Assembly: GCA_963733055.1 (NCBI GenBank)
Contig: CAVTBR010000003.1
Coordinates: 320,001 to 384,000 of the forward strand
Origin: Candidatus Bathyarchaeota archaeon
GTDB lineage: Archaea; Thermoproteota; Bathyarchaeia; 40CM-2-53-6
Direction of reading: 5' to 3'
DNA length: 64,000 bases
Position numbers and translations under genes: made by a program. The first letter of the stretch is position 1. Each line of letters starts with the position of its first letter. Positions 1 to 10,405 of this stretch are shown here, in pieces. A model generated the notes under the pieces. The model worked only from the letters and a program-made list of their open reading frames with translations. It searched no databases and was not told where the DNA came from.

Positions 1-1516
1 TCGGTGTCTGTATCGCCGCAGAGAACCGTGATATTCGCAAGAGAGATTCCTGTCGTCTCAGCTGCAATCTGAGCCATAACAGTCTTTGCACCTTGCCCCG
101 TGTCGACGAGTCCGATCTGCACAGTCATCGTACCGTCTGGATATATTTTCACGTAGGCGCCAGCGGGGTTCGCCTCCTCGGTGATTGTGACGGGATAGAG
201 CACTGAGGCAATACCTATGCCTCTCTTAACGGGCCCTGTCTTCTTCTCCGGTCCAACCAGCTCCTGGTTCCATTTCATAGCTTCACTAGCTCTCAGGATT
301 GTTTCTGATATTCCTACGCTGTGAAGTACCTGGCCCGTCATTGTTCGATCGCCATTCTTGAGAGCGTTCTTGAGGCGGAATCTCACTGGATCCATACCAA
401 GTTCCGCCGCGATGTGATCCATGTGAAGTTTCTTCGGCCGCGAGAACTTGCGCCACGCCAAACCCTCGCATGGCTCCACCCACCGGGTTGTTGGTGAACA
501 CGAGGTAACCGTCCACTTTCATATTCGGAATCCGGTATGGCCCACTTGAACAGATGCAGCCCTTCATTAGACTGGAGGGGCCGTACGACGTGTAAGCTCC
601 AGCATCACTTGTCACCTTCACCTCCCTTGCAACTATTTCACCGTCCTTCTTGACGCCGGTCTTATACTCGACATACATTAGGTGCCGTGAAGTTGAGCCA
701 ACGAACTCATCTTCACGAGTCCAGACAATCCTGACCGGGTGACCTGTCTTCATGGCAAGAAGAGCGACGTATGGTTCAACGGACATGTCGTTTCGGCCAC
801 CGAAGTTTCCACCCGACTCTGCTTGGACAATCCTAACCTTGGATAACTGTACTCCCAGGACCTTGGCAAGCTCAGCCTGAACCACGAAAGGCATTGAGAG
901 GCAAGTACGAACGGTCATTTTGCCGTCAGGCGACATAACCGCTGTCGCGGCATGTGGTTCGATGTGGCAATGCTCCATCCTCTGTGTCCACAGATTGTCT
1001 TCGATCACCAGATCGGAGTTTCTGAAGCCTTTCTCAACATCTCCCGATCTAATCTTCCGATGCGTTCTCAGGTTGCCGCCTTCGTGTAACTTAGGCGCGG
1101 TCGGGTTTCAGGGCGTCTCGAAAATCGAAGACGGCGGGCAGTTCTTCATATTTGACATCAATTAACTGCAGAGCGTCCTCGGCAATTTCCTCAGACTCTG
1201 CGGCAACGGCTGCGATCGGGTCGCCGACGTATCGCACTCTGTCGCTGGCGAATATTACCTGGTCCTCAACTTCGCCGCCAAAAAAGTTGTACGGAACATC
1301 CTTCGCCGTGATAACAGAACTGACACCGGGCAGTCTCTGGGCTTTTTCAACGTCTATGCTCAGGATTCTAGCGTGAGGCATAGGACTCCTGAGAATTTTG
1401 GCATACAACATCCCCTGAAGCTCTGTATCGTCGCCGTACTTTGCCTGGCCAAGAACCTTATCGAGCACGTCAACCTTCGCTACGCCCTTACCAAGAACTT
1501 GATACTTCGTCTCCAA
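1..1516 (-). CDS. Xanthine dehydrogenase/aldehyde oxidase family molybdopterin-binding large subunit (runs off window start; two apparent +1 frameshifts at ~1100 and ~428)
   Basis: Motifs KVLGQAKYGDD, ILRSPMPHARI, VRYVGDPIAAVAA, GGNFGGR, GAMRGFG. Removing one base at ...GAC(C)GCG... and ...ACT(T)CAC... joins ORFs 1091-1543 and 286-1008 with the frame continuing to base 1 (MDHIAAELGMDPVRFRLKN). Likely TTG start at 1516. Confidence 0.9.
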
Positions 1517-1517
1517 T

Positions 1518-2000
1518 TCACAACTTCTCCTCGATCTTTCCATTTCGCGCCGTTGCTAGAATGGCTCTGATTATCGGTACGTATCCCGTACATCTGCAAA
1601 GATTTCCTGAGATTCCGTTCTTGACCTCTTCTTCCGTCGGGTTCGGATTATCCCGCAGCAAGGCTGTGGCCGAAAGCAGAACACCCGGAGTGCAGAAGCC
1701 GCAATGAACGGCGCCCCGCTCCACGAAAGCCTTCTGCAAGGGATGCAGATGATCCGGCGTTCCCAAGCCCTCAATCGTCATTACGTCTCTATGGTCTACT
1801 CTCGGCGCCAAGACTAAGCAGGAACAGACTGGTTCCCCATCAAGCAGCACCGTACACGCACCGCATTCTCCGCGAGCACATCCCTTCTTCGTCCCAGTCA
1901 GTTTGAGGCTGCCCCGCAGAACATCTAACAACGTCGAGTTTGGCTTAACTTCAACCGCAACTGTTTTCCCGTTCAATACGAAACTGATTTTTTCATCCAA
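1518..2000 (-). CDS. (2Fe-2S)-binding small subunit of a XDH/CoxS-type molybdoenzyme
   Basis: GTKKGCARGECGACTVLLDG and CGFCTPG...GNLCRCTGY motifs. Confidence 0.95.
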   Translation of the reverse strand: MDEKISFVLNGKTVAVEVKPNSTLLDVLRGSLKLTGTKKGCARGECGACTVLLDGEPVCSCLVLAPRVDHRDVMTIEGLGTPDHLHPLQKAFVERGAVHCGFCTPGVLLSATALLRDNPNPTEEEVKNGISGNLCRCTGYVPIIRAILATARNGKIEEKL

Positions 2001-2004
2001 GAAT

Positions 2005-2901
2005 CTAGGCGCCTGCCTTCCCGACGGCCTTGCTGATTGCCATCTGAACGATTACCTTTGAGACATCTCTCCTATACTCGGCGGAAGCGCGCACATCTGA
2101 TATAGGGCGAATTTCCTGTGAACTTATCTCAGCGGCCTCGTTGATCTCTTTTTCACCAAGGGTCTTCCCAACGAGACTTGACTCTGCCTTTCTCACACGA
2201 AGTGGGGTTGGAGCTACAGACCCGAGGGCTATCCGGGCGCTCTTGCACACGCCATTTGGAATGTTGATTGAAACGGCAACGCTAACGATTGCTAGATCGT
2301 TCCCGTTCCGCCTCCCTACTTTGATGAACGCCGTCCCAGTTTTGGGCGCCCGATCTGGGACTTGAACTTCTGTTAGCAACTCGTCGTGCTGAATGACCGT
2401 CTTCTTCACGTCTAGGAAGAAGTCATCAATCATTACGGTCCTCTGTCCGCTTGATTTGACAAGTTTCAATTTCGCCCCCAATGCAAGCAGAGGTGTGGAG
2501 GTATCTGAACATGGAGAGGCATTGACGAGGTTCCCGCCAACTGTCCCCATATTCCTGATCAGTGGCGACCCAATGCGGCTAGCGGCATCGGCTAGGATAG
2601 GCGCATTTTCTGATACAATGGATGATCGCTCGAGCGTTCGATGTCTGGTTAGCGCCCCAATTCTCAATGAATCGTCGCCCTCTTCAATGAAATCAAGTTC
2701 GCTGAGATTGCTTATGTCGACTACATATCGGGGTGTAACAAATCGCAGTTTCAGTAGCGGTATCAGGTCAGTACCGCCCGCAATCAAAGTTCCTTCCGAA
2801 CCGAATTTCTCGATCAGCGACAGCGTTTCCTTCACTGTTTTCGGCGCGCTGTATTCAAATGGCTTCATGCTGAAGAGTTCCGGAGTCATTCTACACGACA
2901 T
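2005..2901 (-). CDS. FAD-binding medium subunit (CoxM/CutM family)
   Basis: IAGGTDL, IRNMGTVGGNLVNASP, ISDVRASAEYRR motifs. Confidence 0.95.
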   Translation of the reverse strand: MSCRMTPELFSMKPFEYSAPKTVKETLSLIEKFGSEGTLIAGGTDLIPLLKLRFVTPRYVVDISNLSELDFIEEGDDSLRIGALTRHRTLERSSIVSENAPILADAASRIGSPLIRNMGTVGGNLVNASPCSDTSTPLLALGAKLKLVKSSGQRTVMIDDFFLDVKKTVIQHDELLTEVQVPDRAPKTGTAFIKVGRRNGNDLAIVSVAVSINIPNGVCKSARIALGSVAPTPLRVRKAESSLVGKTLGEKEINEAAEISSQEIRPISDVRASAEYRRDVSKVIVQMAISKAVGKAGA

Positions 2902-2927
2902 ACTACGATCCCTCTCTCAAATCGGGA

Positions 2928-4382
2928 TCAGAGTTCAAAGTACACGTGCTTGAGCTGGGTGTACTCATGCAACCCTTCAAGGCCCCTCTCCCTTCCGATG
3001 CCACTTTGTTTGTAGCCGCCGAACTCAGCTTCCGGAAACGTCTTGCCGTACGCATTGACCCAAACCGTGCCCGCTTTCACTTTTCTAGCAAATCCAAAGG
3101 CAGTCTTGATATCTCGCGTCCACACGGCGGCAGCCAATCCGAAGGCTGAGTCGTTGGCCACCTTAACTGCTTCCTCTTCGGTATCGAACGGGATCACGAC
3201 AACAACTGGGCCGAAGATCTCTTCTTGGGCTATGCGTGCTTTTGTTGGTACGTTGTCGAAAACCGTTGGAGCGACGAAATTCCCCCGGCCTAACTCACCT
3301 GTCGTTAATCTTGTTCCGCCTGTCACGAGTTCACCTTCGCTTTTTCCCTCTTCGATGTACTTGAGAACGGTTTTCATCTGGCTGCCCGATATAATCGGTC
3401 CAAGTTCGGAGCTTTCATCTAGTCCGTTTCCAACGCGCATTGACTGTGCCTTTTGCTTCAGCGTGGTTACGAATTTCTCATGAATTTGTTTCTGAACCAA
3501 TAGCCTCGTGGCCGCGAAGCAGATCTGTCCACTATGGGTAAATGCTCCACTTAAGGCTCCGGCAACGGCTTTCTCCTGATCAGCATCGGCGAAAACTACG
3601 TCAGGCGATTTGCCTCCAAGCTCCAGAGCAAGTTTCTTAACATTGTTCGCTGAGAGTTTCAGGATCTCTCTTCCCGTGTTCGCGTCGCCTGTGAAGGATA
3701 TCATGTCAACCTTGGGGCTTGAAACAATCTCGGCGCCAACGATGGACCCAGGACCCGTGATGAAGCTTAAGACACCCTTCGGAATCTCGGGAACTTTCGT
3801 CGCTAGTTCAATTATTCGCGCAGTGGTCAAAGGCGTAAAGCTTGCCGGCTTTACGATGCAGATGTTGCCGGCAGCAAGAGACGTGGCCATACCCCGGAAC
3901 AGCAGCAGGACTGGAACATTCCATGGCACGATGTGGCCGACTACACCCATAGGTTCACGCATAATGACGCTGTAGGAACCTTGAGCCATACTGAATGACT
4001 CGCCGCGGATATTCCTTGCAAAACCAGCATTGTACCTGAGCGTATCAACTGATGCGTCAATCTCGCCTTTCGCTTGTTTAAGCGGTTTCCCACATTCCAA
4101 TGTGAGTAATCGAGCCAAAGCATCGCGTTGCCCCTCCATGAGGTCGGCCAGTTTGTAGAGGGCCACAGCACGCGCTTTAGGATTCATCACCCAGTTCGGA
4201 TCTTCTCGACAATCATCTGCGAAATCGATCACCCGTTTAGCATCCTCGAGAGATGAGTTCTGAGCCTTAGCTATGGTTTCACCATTTGCTGGGTTTGTAA
4301 CTTCGAAAGTTTCACCGTTCGATGCTTGCACCCATTCACCGCCGATCAAGTTCCTGAGTACGTGAACTTCGGCTTTGTGCAC
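2928..4382 (-). CDS. NAD(P)-dependent aldehyde dehydrogenase
   Basis: IVPWN, SFTG, LELGGKSP, catalytic GQIC, EEIFGPV, FGGYKQSG. Probable GTG start at 4382, just after the aminotransferase stop. Confidence 0.95.
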   Translation of the reverse strand: MHKAEVHVLRNLIGGEWVQASNGETFEVTNPANGETIAKAQNSSLEDAKRVIDFADDCREDPNWVMNPKARAVALYKLADLMEGQRDALARLLTLECGKPLKQAKGEIDASVDTLRYNAGFARNIRGESFSMAQGSYSVIMREPMGVVGHIVPWNVPVLLLFRGMATSLAAGNICIVKPASFTPLTTARIIELATKVPEIPKGVLSFITGPGSIVGAEIVSSPKVDMISFTGDANTGREILKLSANNVKKLALELGGKSPDVVFADADQEKAVAGALSGAFTHSGQICFAATRLLVQKQIHEKFVTTLKQKAQSMRVGNGLDESSELGPIISGSQMKTVLKYIEEGKSEGELVTGGTRLTTGELGRGNFVAPTVFDNVPTKARIAQEEIFGPVVVVIPFDTEEEAVKVANDSAFGLAAAVWTRDIKTAFGFARKVKAGTVWVNAYGKTFPEAEFGGYKQSGIGRERGLEGLHEYTQLKHVYFEL

Positions 4383-4398
4383 GTTCTCTACCTGAATA

Positions 4399-5718
4399 CT
4401 ACTTTCCGACTTCAAAATCAATCGTCTCCTGAACAACATCAATACAATGATCCGCCTCTTCACGAGTGATACTGAGTGGCGGTGAGAACCTTATTCTATT
4501 CAGATACTGTCCCGCGCGAAAGAGAAGAACTCCACGTTCCGCGCATCCCCTCAGAATCTTCATTACAACTTCTGGCCGAGCGGGTTTTCTCGAGGCTTTG
4601 TCTTCGACGATTTCCCAACTAATTAAGAGACCTCTTCCTTGTACGTCGTCAACATGAGTATTTGTGGCGACATAGTCGCTGAGCCTAGCTAGAACGTGGT
4701 CACCGACTTTTCTCGCGTTATCTACAAGATGTTCTCTCTCTATGACCTCAATAGAGGCGAGGGCGGCAGCGCAGCTCACCGGGTTTCCTCCGAATGTTGA
4801 GAAGTCGGGTCCCTGGAACGAGTCAGCAATCTCAGATTTCGCCGAGATGACACCTATGGGAAAACCGCCTCCAAGTGCTTTGGCCATGGACACAATGTCC
4901 GCCTTTACCCCATAATGGTCGATGCCGAACATGCTCCCAGTCCTTCCGAAGCCAGTTTGAACTTCGTCAACGATGAACAGGATCTTATTCTCATCCAGAA
5001 TTTCCCTGATAATTTTGAAATATTCTGGCGGCGCCGGGATTGCGCCGGCAACACCTTGAATCGGTTCGGCTATGAAGGCTGCGGGTGCAGCGGAGACTTC
5101 AGTCTTCAACATTTTCTCCAAATAATGCGCGCAAGCATATTCACATTCAGGGGGTCCATTCTTGTAACCCATTGGGCATCGGTAACAATGGAATGAAGGG
5201 GCGTGCAATGTGCCCGACATAAACGGCCCGAGTCCGGCCCTCCAAGAACCAATTCCTGTTACGCCCATCGTAAAGCCTCCGCGCCCGTAGAAGCCTCCCT
5301 GAATCCCCACCGCTTCTCCGCGTCCGGTGTACTTCCTAGCTAGGGTGAGCGCATGTTCGTTCGCTTCGGTTCCGGTGTTGCAGAAGAAACTCTTAGTAGC
5401 TCCATGTATCGGAACCAACTCAGAAAGTTTCTTCGCCAGTCGAACCATAGGTTCCGTATAGAAGGTAGTACTAACGTGAGTCAGTCGTTCTATCTGTCTC
5501 CTTACGGCTTCGATAACGTATGGATGACAGTGCCCAACATTCATAACTGCAACGCCGCCCATGCAGTCGAGGTACTCCTTTCCCTCACTGTCCCAGAGCT
5601 TCGTTCCTAGCCCTTTCACGAAGACTATGTCAAACGAGGCCTTCACTGAGGGCATTATGTACTTTTTTTGAAGTTCGATTATCTCTGCTTTTGACAAAGT
5701 TGTTGCAGTTTGTAACAC
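4399..5718 (-). CDS. Class III PLP aminotransferase (GabT/AGXT2-like)
   Basis: GTEANE, AEPIQG, DEVQTGFGRTG, PLP lysine in SMAKALGGG, STFGGNP. Confidence 0.93.
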   Translation of the reverse strand: MLQTATTLSKAEIIELQKKYIMPSVKASFDIVFVKGLGTKLWDSEGKEYLDCMGGVAVMNVGHCHPYVIEAVRRQIERLTHVSTTFYTEPMVRLAKKLSELVPIHGATKSFFCNTGTEANEHALTLARKYTGRGEAVGIQGGFYGRGGFTMGVTGIGSWRAGLGPFMSGTLHAPSFHCYRCPMGYKNGPPECEYACAHYLEKMLKTEVSAAPAAFIAEPIQGVAGAIPAPPEYFKIIREILDENKILFIVDEVQTGFGRTGSMFGIDHYGVKADIVSMAKALGGGFPIGVISAKSEIADSFQGPDFSTFGGNPVSCAAALASIEVIEREHLVDNARKVGDHVLARLSDYVATNTHVDDVQGRGLLISWEIVEDKASRKPARPEVVMKILRGCAERGVLLFRAGQYLNRIRFSPPLSITREEADHCIDVVQETIDFEVGK

Positions 5719-5776
5719 TCGCGCTCTCCAACTCGACCCGTGGGTGCAATTACCTATATTTTTGTGGACCGTAGAT

Positions 5777-5803
5777 TACGTATACTACGTACACTACGTA
5801 CGC
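5777..5803. promoter_or_regulatory. Three tandem 9-bp units, each containing the palindrome TACGTA, just upstream of the minus-strand TATA box of the aminotransferase operon
   Basis: TACGTATAC TACGTACAC TACGTACGC; minus-strand AAAAATATAGG at ~5753-5763. Confidence 0.5.
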
Positions 5804-5944
5804 GAGCTGTGCCGAAAGTTAGCGTATGTAGAAATACGCTGGAACGTTCCGCTGCACAACAATTTCCGGGCGAACTACCGCAATATACTTCATCGAGACT
5901 CCGATCAAGAGTTTCCGCTAATGCAAGATGCGTGCGTATTCCTT

Positions 5945-6799
5945 TCATTTTTTCCTCGGCTTAAGATACAATTGGGCCATTTCCTCATGTGTTGGATTCC
6001 AAATCCATCTAAGAGCAGTTATCGTGTCTAACGCTTCTTCAAACTCAATAGCACCATACGGTCTTCCGAATACATGCGCGTGAACGGTTACGTCAAGACA
6101 TGCCACGCCTTCATGCGTGGCGTACCATCTTTCAAGAATGCGGTGCAGGATTTGGGTGTAGGTGTTTGGCGCGTTCCCATACCGCACGTACAGTGGCATG
6201 TCGTTGACTTCCATCGTGAATGGAATTGCCACCAGCTTCTTGTCGCCGAAACTTTCCAAGTAAGGCATGTCGGCGTCGAAAGTATCATTATGCCATAGAA
6301 AATCCATTTCCGCGAGATGCTTGATCGTCGTTAACCCCGGTGTGGCTCGGGGGCTACTCCAACCCGTAATTTGCTTTCCTGAAGCGTGCGCGATAACCTC
6401 TTGGCATCGTTCAATGTTCTCCTTGTCAGCTTTCTCGTCAAGATATACAGGTAAGACATCTTGAGAATAAGAATGGCCGCATAATTCATGGCCTTCGTCC
6501 GCAATCCTTCTTACGAGTTCGGGGTATCGTTCGGCGATAATTCCGCTGGTGAATACCGTCGCCCTGACTTTCCTCTTATGCAAAATGTCTAGAAGCCGTG
6601 GCATGCCGGTAGTCGATGCGTACCGGGCCCAAGATCGAGACTGCGTATCGAGATAACCTGGTTTCAGTGGGTTTCCCATTGGGCCTATGGCGGGGGCAGA
6701 GTTGTCAGACCAGCCCTCAAGCGGTATGTTCACGAAAACAGCTACTCTTTTCCCGTCGGGCCAGCCGGCCGGTACAACTTCTCTCTTTCCATCTGGCAT
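5945..6799 (-). CDS. Polysaccharide deacetylase family protein (PuuE allantoinase-like CE4 fold)
   Basis: WPDGKRVAVFVNI, GHELCGHSY, WHNDTFDADMPY, IPFTMEVND, TVHAHVFGRP. Confidence 0.85.
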   Translation of the reverse strand: MPDGKREVVPAGWPDGKRVAVFVNIPLEGWSDNSAPAIGPMGNPLKPGYLDTQSRSWARYASTTGMPRLLDILHKRKVRATVFTSGIIAERYPELVRRIADEGHELCGHSYSQDVLPVYLDEKADKENIERCQEVIAHASGKQITGWSSPRATPGLTTIKHLAEMDFLWHNDTFDADMPYLESFGDKKLVAIPFTMEVNDMPLYVRYGNAPNTYTQILHRILERWYATHEGVACLDVTVHAHVFGRPYGAIEFEEALDTITALRWIWNPTHEEMAQLYLKPRKK

Positions 6800-7786
6800 T
6801 TAATTTCTCGTTCCCGCAGGGGCACTTTCATGAGGCATATACTTTTGCGTCTTCATGCGGCCAAGCACTTCTTGGGTAGTCTGCAACAGCGCCTCGTCTC
6901 TGGCACTGCGCACATCGTTCGGGTTCATTCCACTCCAATCATAGTATCCTCGCCCTGACTTCAATCCCAGTTCACCTTTCTCGACCTTGTGTTTGAGAAA
7001 CTCTAGCGGTTCTTCCGAACCACTCAGTTCATTCCACAAATTCTTCGCAATTTTGTAGTTTAGATCTATACCATTCATGTCACGTTGTTCGAGAGGCCCA
7101 GAAACTGTCATTCTAGGAGCCAATCCTAGCGAGACAGTCAAATCGATGTCTTCGGCTCCGGCTATGCCTTCTGCAATCAAAAATGTAGCTTCACGGATCA
7201 TAGCATGCTGAATTCTATTCAGAATAAAACCTGGGATGTCCTTGTTTATCAAGATCGGAATCCGATGTAGCCCAAGCCATATCTCACGCGTACGTTTGAT
7301 CACGTCATCGGAGGTCTTGTCGCCTCTTATGACCTCAACGATCGGAACGACATGCGCGGGCTGTACGAAGTGCCCGCCAACGACTCGATCGGGTGTTCTT
7401 GTTGCGGCGGCAATTTTGCTTATTGGAAAGCCGGAAGTGTTGCTGGAGAGTATTGTGGTGCGCTCAGTAGATTCATCAAGTCTTCTGAAAACATCTTTTT
7501 TGACCTCTAGATCTTCAAACACAGCTTCAGCTACAAACTCGGCTCCCGCGGCAGCTTTTTCAAGAGAAGTGGTAGTTTGAATTCTCTCAATTACCTTAGA
7601 GGGGTCCTCTTGCAGGAGAGCGTGGCGATGAAGGTCTGAAGCGTACCGCCGAATGTTTTCTATCGATTTATCGAGAACGTTCTGATCTTTGTCCGTAAGA
7701 AATGTCTGCCTGCTCCCCATTGCCAAAACGAGTGCTATCTGGCCGCCCATAAGTCCGGCTCCTACGACCGCGGTTTTCTCTAACAA
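6800..7786 (-). CDS. 3-hydroxyacyl-CoA dehydrogenase family protein
   Basis: GAGLMG Rossmann motif, EAVFEDLEVKK, SSNTSG, PGFILNRI, LGLKSGRGYYDW. Confidence 0.92.
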   Translation of the reverse strand: MLEKTAVVGAGLMGGQIALVLAMGSRQTFLTDKDQNVLDKSIENIRRYASDLHRHALLQEDPSKVIERIQTTTSLEKAAAGAEFVAEAVFEDLEVKKDVFRRLDESTERTTILSSNTSGFPISKIAAATRTPDRVVGGHFVQPAHVVPIVEVIRGDKTSDDVIKRTREIWLGLHRIPILINKDIPGFILNRIQHAMIREATFLIAEGIAGAEDIDLTVSLGLAPRMTVSGPLEQRDMNGIDLNYKIAKNLWNELSGSEEPLEFLKHKVEKGELGLKSGRGYYDWSGMNPNDVRSARDEALLQTTQEVLGRMKTQKYMPHESAPAGTRN

Positions 7787-7916
7787 CTTGGCTCGTCACG
7801 GCCTCGGAGTCGGATGGTATAAAGCTCTGACTGCTTGACGCCAAAGATGATTTCGTGATCTATCACACGTAGTGAAACAAACTTTGCATGGATGCGGTGG
7901 TTTCCGATTCGACCAG

Positions 7917-8684
7917 TTACGTTGACTTTTTTGGAGCTCGCGAACTAGTACTTGTCCGCGCTTTCCTGAGTTCGTCTCGGACTCCTTGCATGAGGAAGGT
8001 TAGGTCAACTCCAATGCATATCAGTTTGAAGCCTTTCTCAACGGCTTGCTCAACCGGGCCTATGGGCGCTAAGAGTCCTGGTGCTACGCCATGGTTTTCG
8101 CAGCTTGATACAATCAATTCGACTGCTTTCTGGAAAACTGGACTATTGAAGTCGCGAAAGGTGTCGAGTGCAATCGACAAGTCATAAGGCCCGCAAAAAA
8201 CTGCGCTTATTCCCTCCGTCGTGACGATTTCTTCGATGTTTTGAAGAGCGAGTTTCGTTTCTATCTGCGGTATGACCATGACCTCAGCATCCGCTGTTTC
8301 CGCATATTCAGGATCTCTGAGGCCAGCGCGCCCACCCCAACTTCTCGACCCCGAATATCTCGCGGCTCTAACGGCCATCTCCGCTTCCTTACCCGTGTTC
8401 ACGAGGGGAACGATTACGGCCTTGGCGCCTAAGTCTAGAACCTTGTTGATCAGACTAGGGTCATTTGAGGGTACTCTCACTATTGGGATAGTGTCAGAAT
8501 AACTCATGGCTTGGATCAAGTTAGCAACTGTTTGCGTGTCAAGCACTGAATGTTGGATATCGAAATTCACCCAGTCTAAACCAAGGTTTCCAAGTGCATA
8601 GGGTACTTCTGGGCTTGATATTCCGAATGTAACACCGAAAGTAATTTGCCCATTCTTCAATTGTGACTTCAACTGATTTTTCAT
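7917..8684 (-). CDS. HpcH/HpaI (GarL-like) class II aldolase
   Basis: LDLGAKAVIVPLV, IPQIET, FCGPYDLS. Confidence 0.9.
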   Translation of the reverse strand: MKNQLKSQLKNGQITFGVTFGISSPEVPYALGNLGLDWVNFDIQHSVLDTQTVANLIQAMSYSDTIPIVRVPSNDPSLINKVLDLGAKAVIVPLVNTGKEAEMAVRAARYSGSRSWGGRAGLRDPEYAETADAEVMVIPQIETKLALQNIEEIVTTEGISAVFCGPYDLSIALDTFRDFNSPVFQKAVELIVSSCENHGVAPGLLAPIGPVEQAVEKGFKLICIGVDLTFLMQGVRDELRKARTSTSSRAPKKST

Positions 8685-8813
8685 GTGTCAGCAATCACTC
8701 TTTCAACACTATTGCTGAGTTGAATCATGAATATGATGCATCACGTTGTTCCGAATTATGGTAGTAAGGGGTTGAGCTTAAACACACCCCGTGCGACCTC
8801 AGCTCGAAAACTC

Positions 8814-9710
8814 ATGAATCGCAAAATTGGATTAATTGGCCTCGGAATCATGGGAAAACCGATGGCCCGTAATCTCCTGAAGGCCGGATACGAGTTAACA
8901 GTTTTTGACATAGTCGAGGCTTCACTGAAGGAGCTCGCAAATCAAGGCGCCAAAATTTCCCATTCTTCAAAAGAACTGGCGCAGCAGAACGATATAGTAA
9001 TCACGATGCTCCCTGACTCCCCGGATGTTGAAAAGGCAGCTTTTAGCCCGGGTGGAATTTTTGAAGGTATTAGATCGGGTTCCACGTTTATCGATATGAG
9101 TACCATCTCGCCGATTACGACAAGAAAATTGGCTGAGGCGGCCAAGAGCCGCGGTGTGCGCATCCTCGACGCCCCCGTTAGCGGAGGGGAGAAAGGAGCC
9201 ATAGATGCTACGCTGACCATAATGGTCGGCGGCGAAAGGGATGTTTTCGATGATTGCCGCTCTGTACTCGAGACCATGGGAAAGAACATCGTCTATTGCG
9301 GCGGATCGGGCGCTGGCCAAGTGGTAAAAGCATGCAACCAGATTTTGGTAGCAGGGGTTTTGGAGTCTGCAAGCGAAGCTCTCGTCCTTGGAGCCAAGGC
9401 CGGGGTCGATCCGGAGATTGTTCTTAAAGTCATAGCGGGCGGGTATGCCATGCGCGTGCTCGACGTCAGAGGTCCTCTCATGCTGAAAAGGGACTTCAAA
9501 CCTGGCTTCAAGACAAGATTGCATTACAAGGACTTGGGAATCGCTCTCGCGACCGGATCGGAATACGGCGTCCCTCTGCCCGTTACCAGCCTAATACGTG
9601 AAATGATGAATTCGATGAAGACCTCCGATCGAGGCGATTACGATCACTCAGGGATCATCACAGTTCTGGAAGGCCTTGCGAAGTATGAGGTCAAGAAGAG
9701 CAACGCGTAG
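8814..9710 (+). CDS. garR: 2-hydroxy-3-oxopropionate (tartronate semialdehyde) reductase, GarR/GlxR type
   Basis: IGLGIMGKPMARNL, TMLPDSPDVE, DAPVSGGEKGA, KACNQI, FKPGFK...HYKDL. ATG at 8814 fits the family N-terminus. Confidence 0.85.
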   Translation: MNRKIGLIGLGIMGKPMARNLLKAGYELTVFDIVEASLKELANQGAKISHSSKELAQQNDIVITMLPDSPDVEKAAFSPGGIFEGIRSGSTFIDMSTISPITTRKLAEAAKSRGVRILDAPVSGGEKGAIDATLTIMVGGERDVFDDCRSVLETMGKNIVYCGGSGAGQVVKACNQILVAGVLESASEALVLGAKAGVDPEIVLKVIAGGYAMRVLDVRGPLMLKRDFKPGFKTRLHYKDLGIALATGSEYGVPLPVTSLIREMMNSMKTSDRGDYDHSGIITVLEGLAKYEVKKSNA

Positions 9711-9945
9711 CAAGCGAACGATCTGCATCATCGGCTAACAACAGTCGTTGTAGTAGCCGCAATTCCAACACTTTGACCTGGTCTTACTACCCGAAACAAA
9801 GTCAAGAGGCCCGCCACAATTCGGACAGTCCGAAAGAGACATAGAGGGTCAGACAGGGCGATCTTTGAGGAAGAACAATAAAAGTTCAATTTGGGCAAAT
9901 TAGCGAAGTATTATCTTTACGAGAAAGCGTACTGATACCCTCAGA

Positions 9946-10290
9946 GTGAACGCTTTGCCCACGATATGCTCAATGTGTGGAACCGAAAACCGAGACGCCG
10001 CGAACTATTGCTTATTGTGTGGTAGCTCTGTTGTTGTTTCACCGAACCAGGCTTCCAGACCGAGCTTCTGCAACTTCCATCCGCAAACAATCGCCCAAGT
10101 ATATTGCTCTCAATGTGGGATCCCAATATGTTTGACTTGTGCTAGGTATGGCGTCGAGTCAGTCTACTGCCCCCCTTGCCATCAAAGCCGATTCCATTCA
10201 ATAATAAGACCCATTATCGTTGGACCTAGGCCATGGATTACTTATCCAACGACCCCAACGATCCGCCAACAGCGCGGATATTTCCGGTAA
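9946..10290 (+). CDS. Small zinc-ribbon plus B-box-like Zn-binding protein
   Basis: CSMCG...CLLCG, then CNFHP...CSQCGIPICLTC...CPPC. Confidence 0.7.
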   Translation: MNALPTICSMCGTENRDAANYCLLCGSSVVVSPNQASRPSFCNFHPQTIAQVYCSQCGIPICLTCARYGVESVYCPPCHQSRFHSIIRPIIVGPRPWITYPTTPTIRQQRGYFR

Positions 10291-10405
10291 CCGGATCGCT
10301 TGACTCAAGATGAATTTGGCTCAGCCTTTGGCAAAGGCAGCGTAGGACGGTTGCCGTGACCTAGCCCAAAGTCAGAGCCGTTCGTCGATCCAGATCGGTT
10401 TCTGA

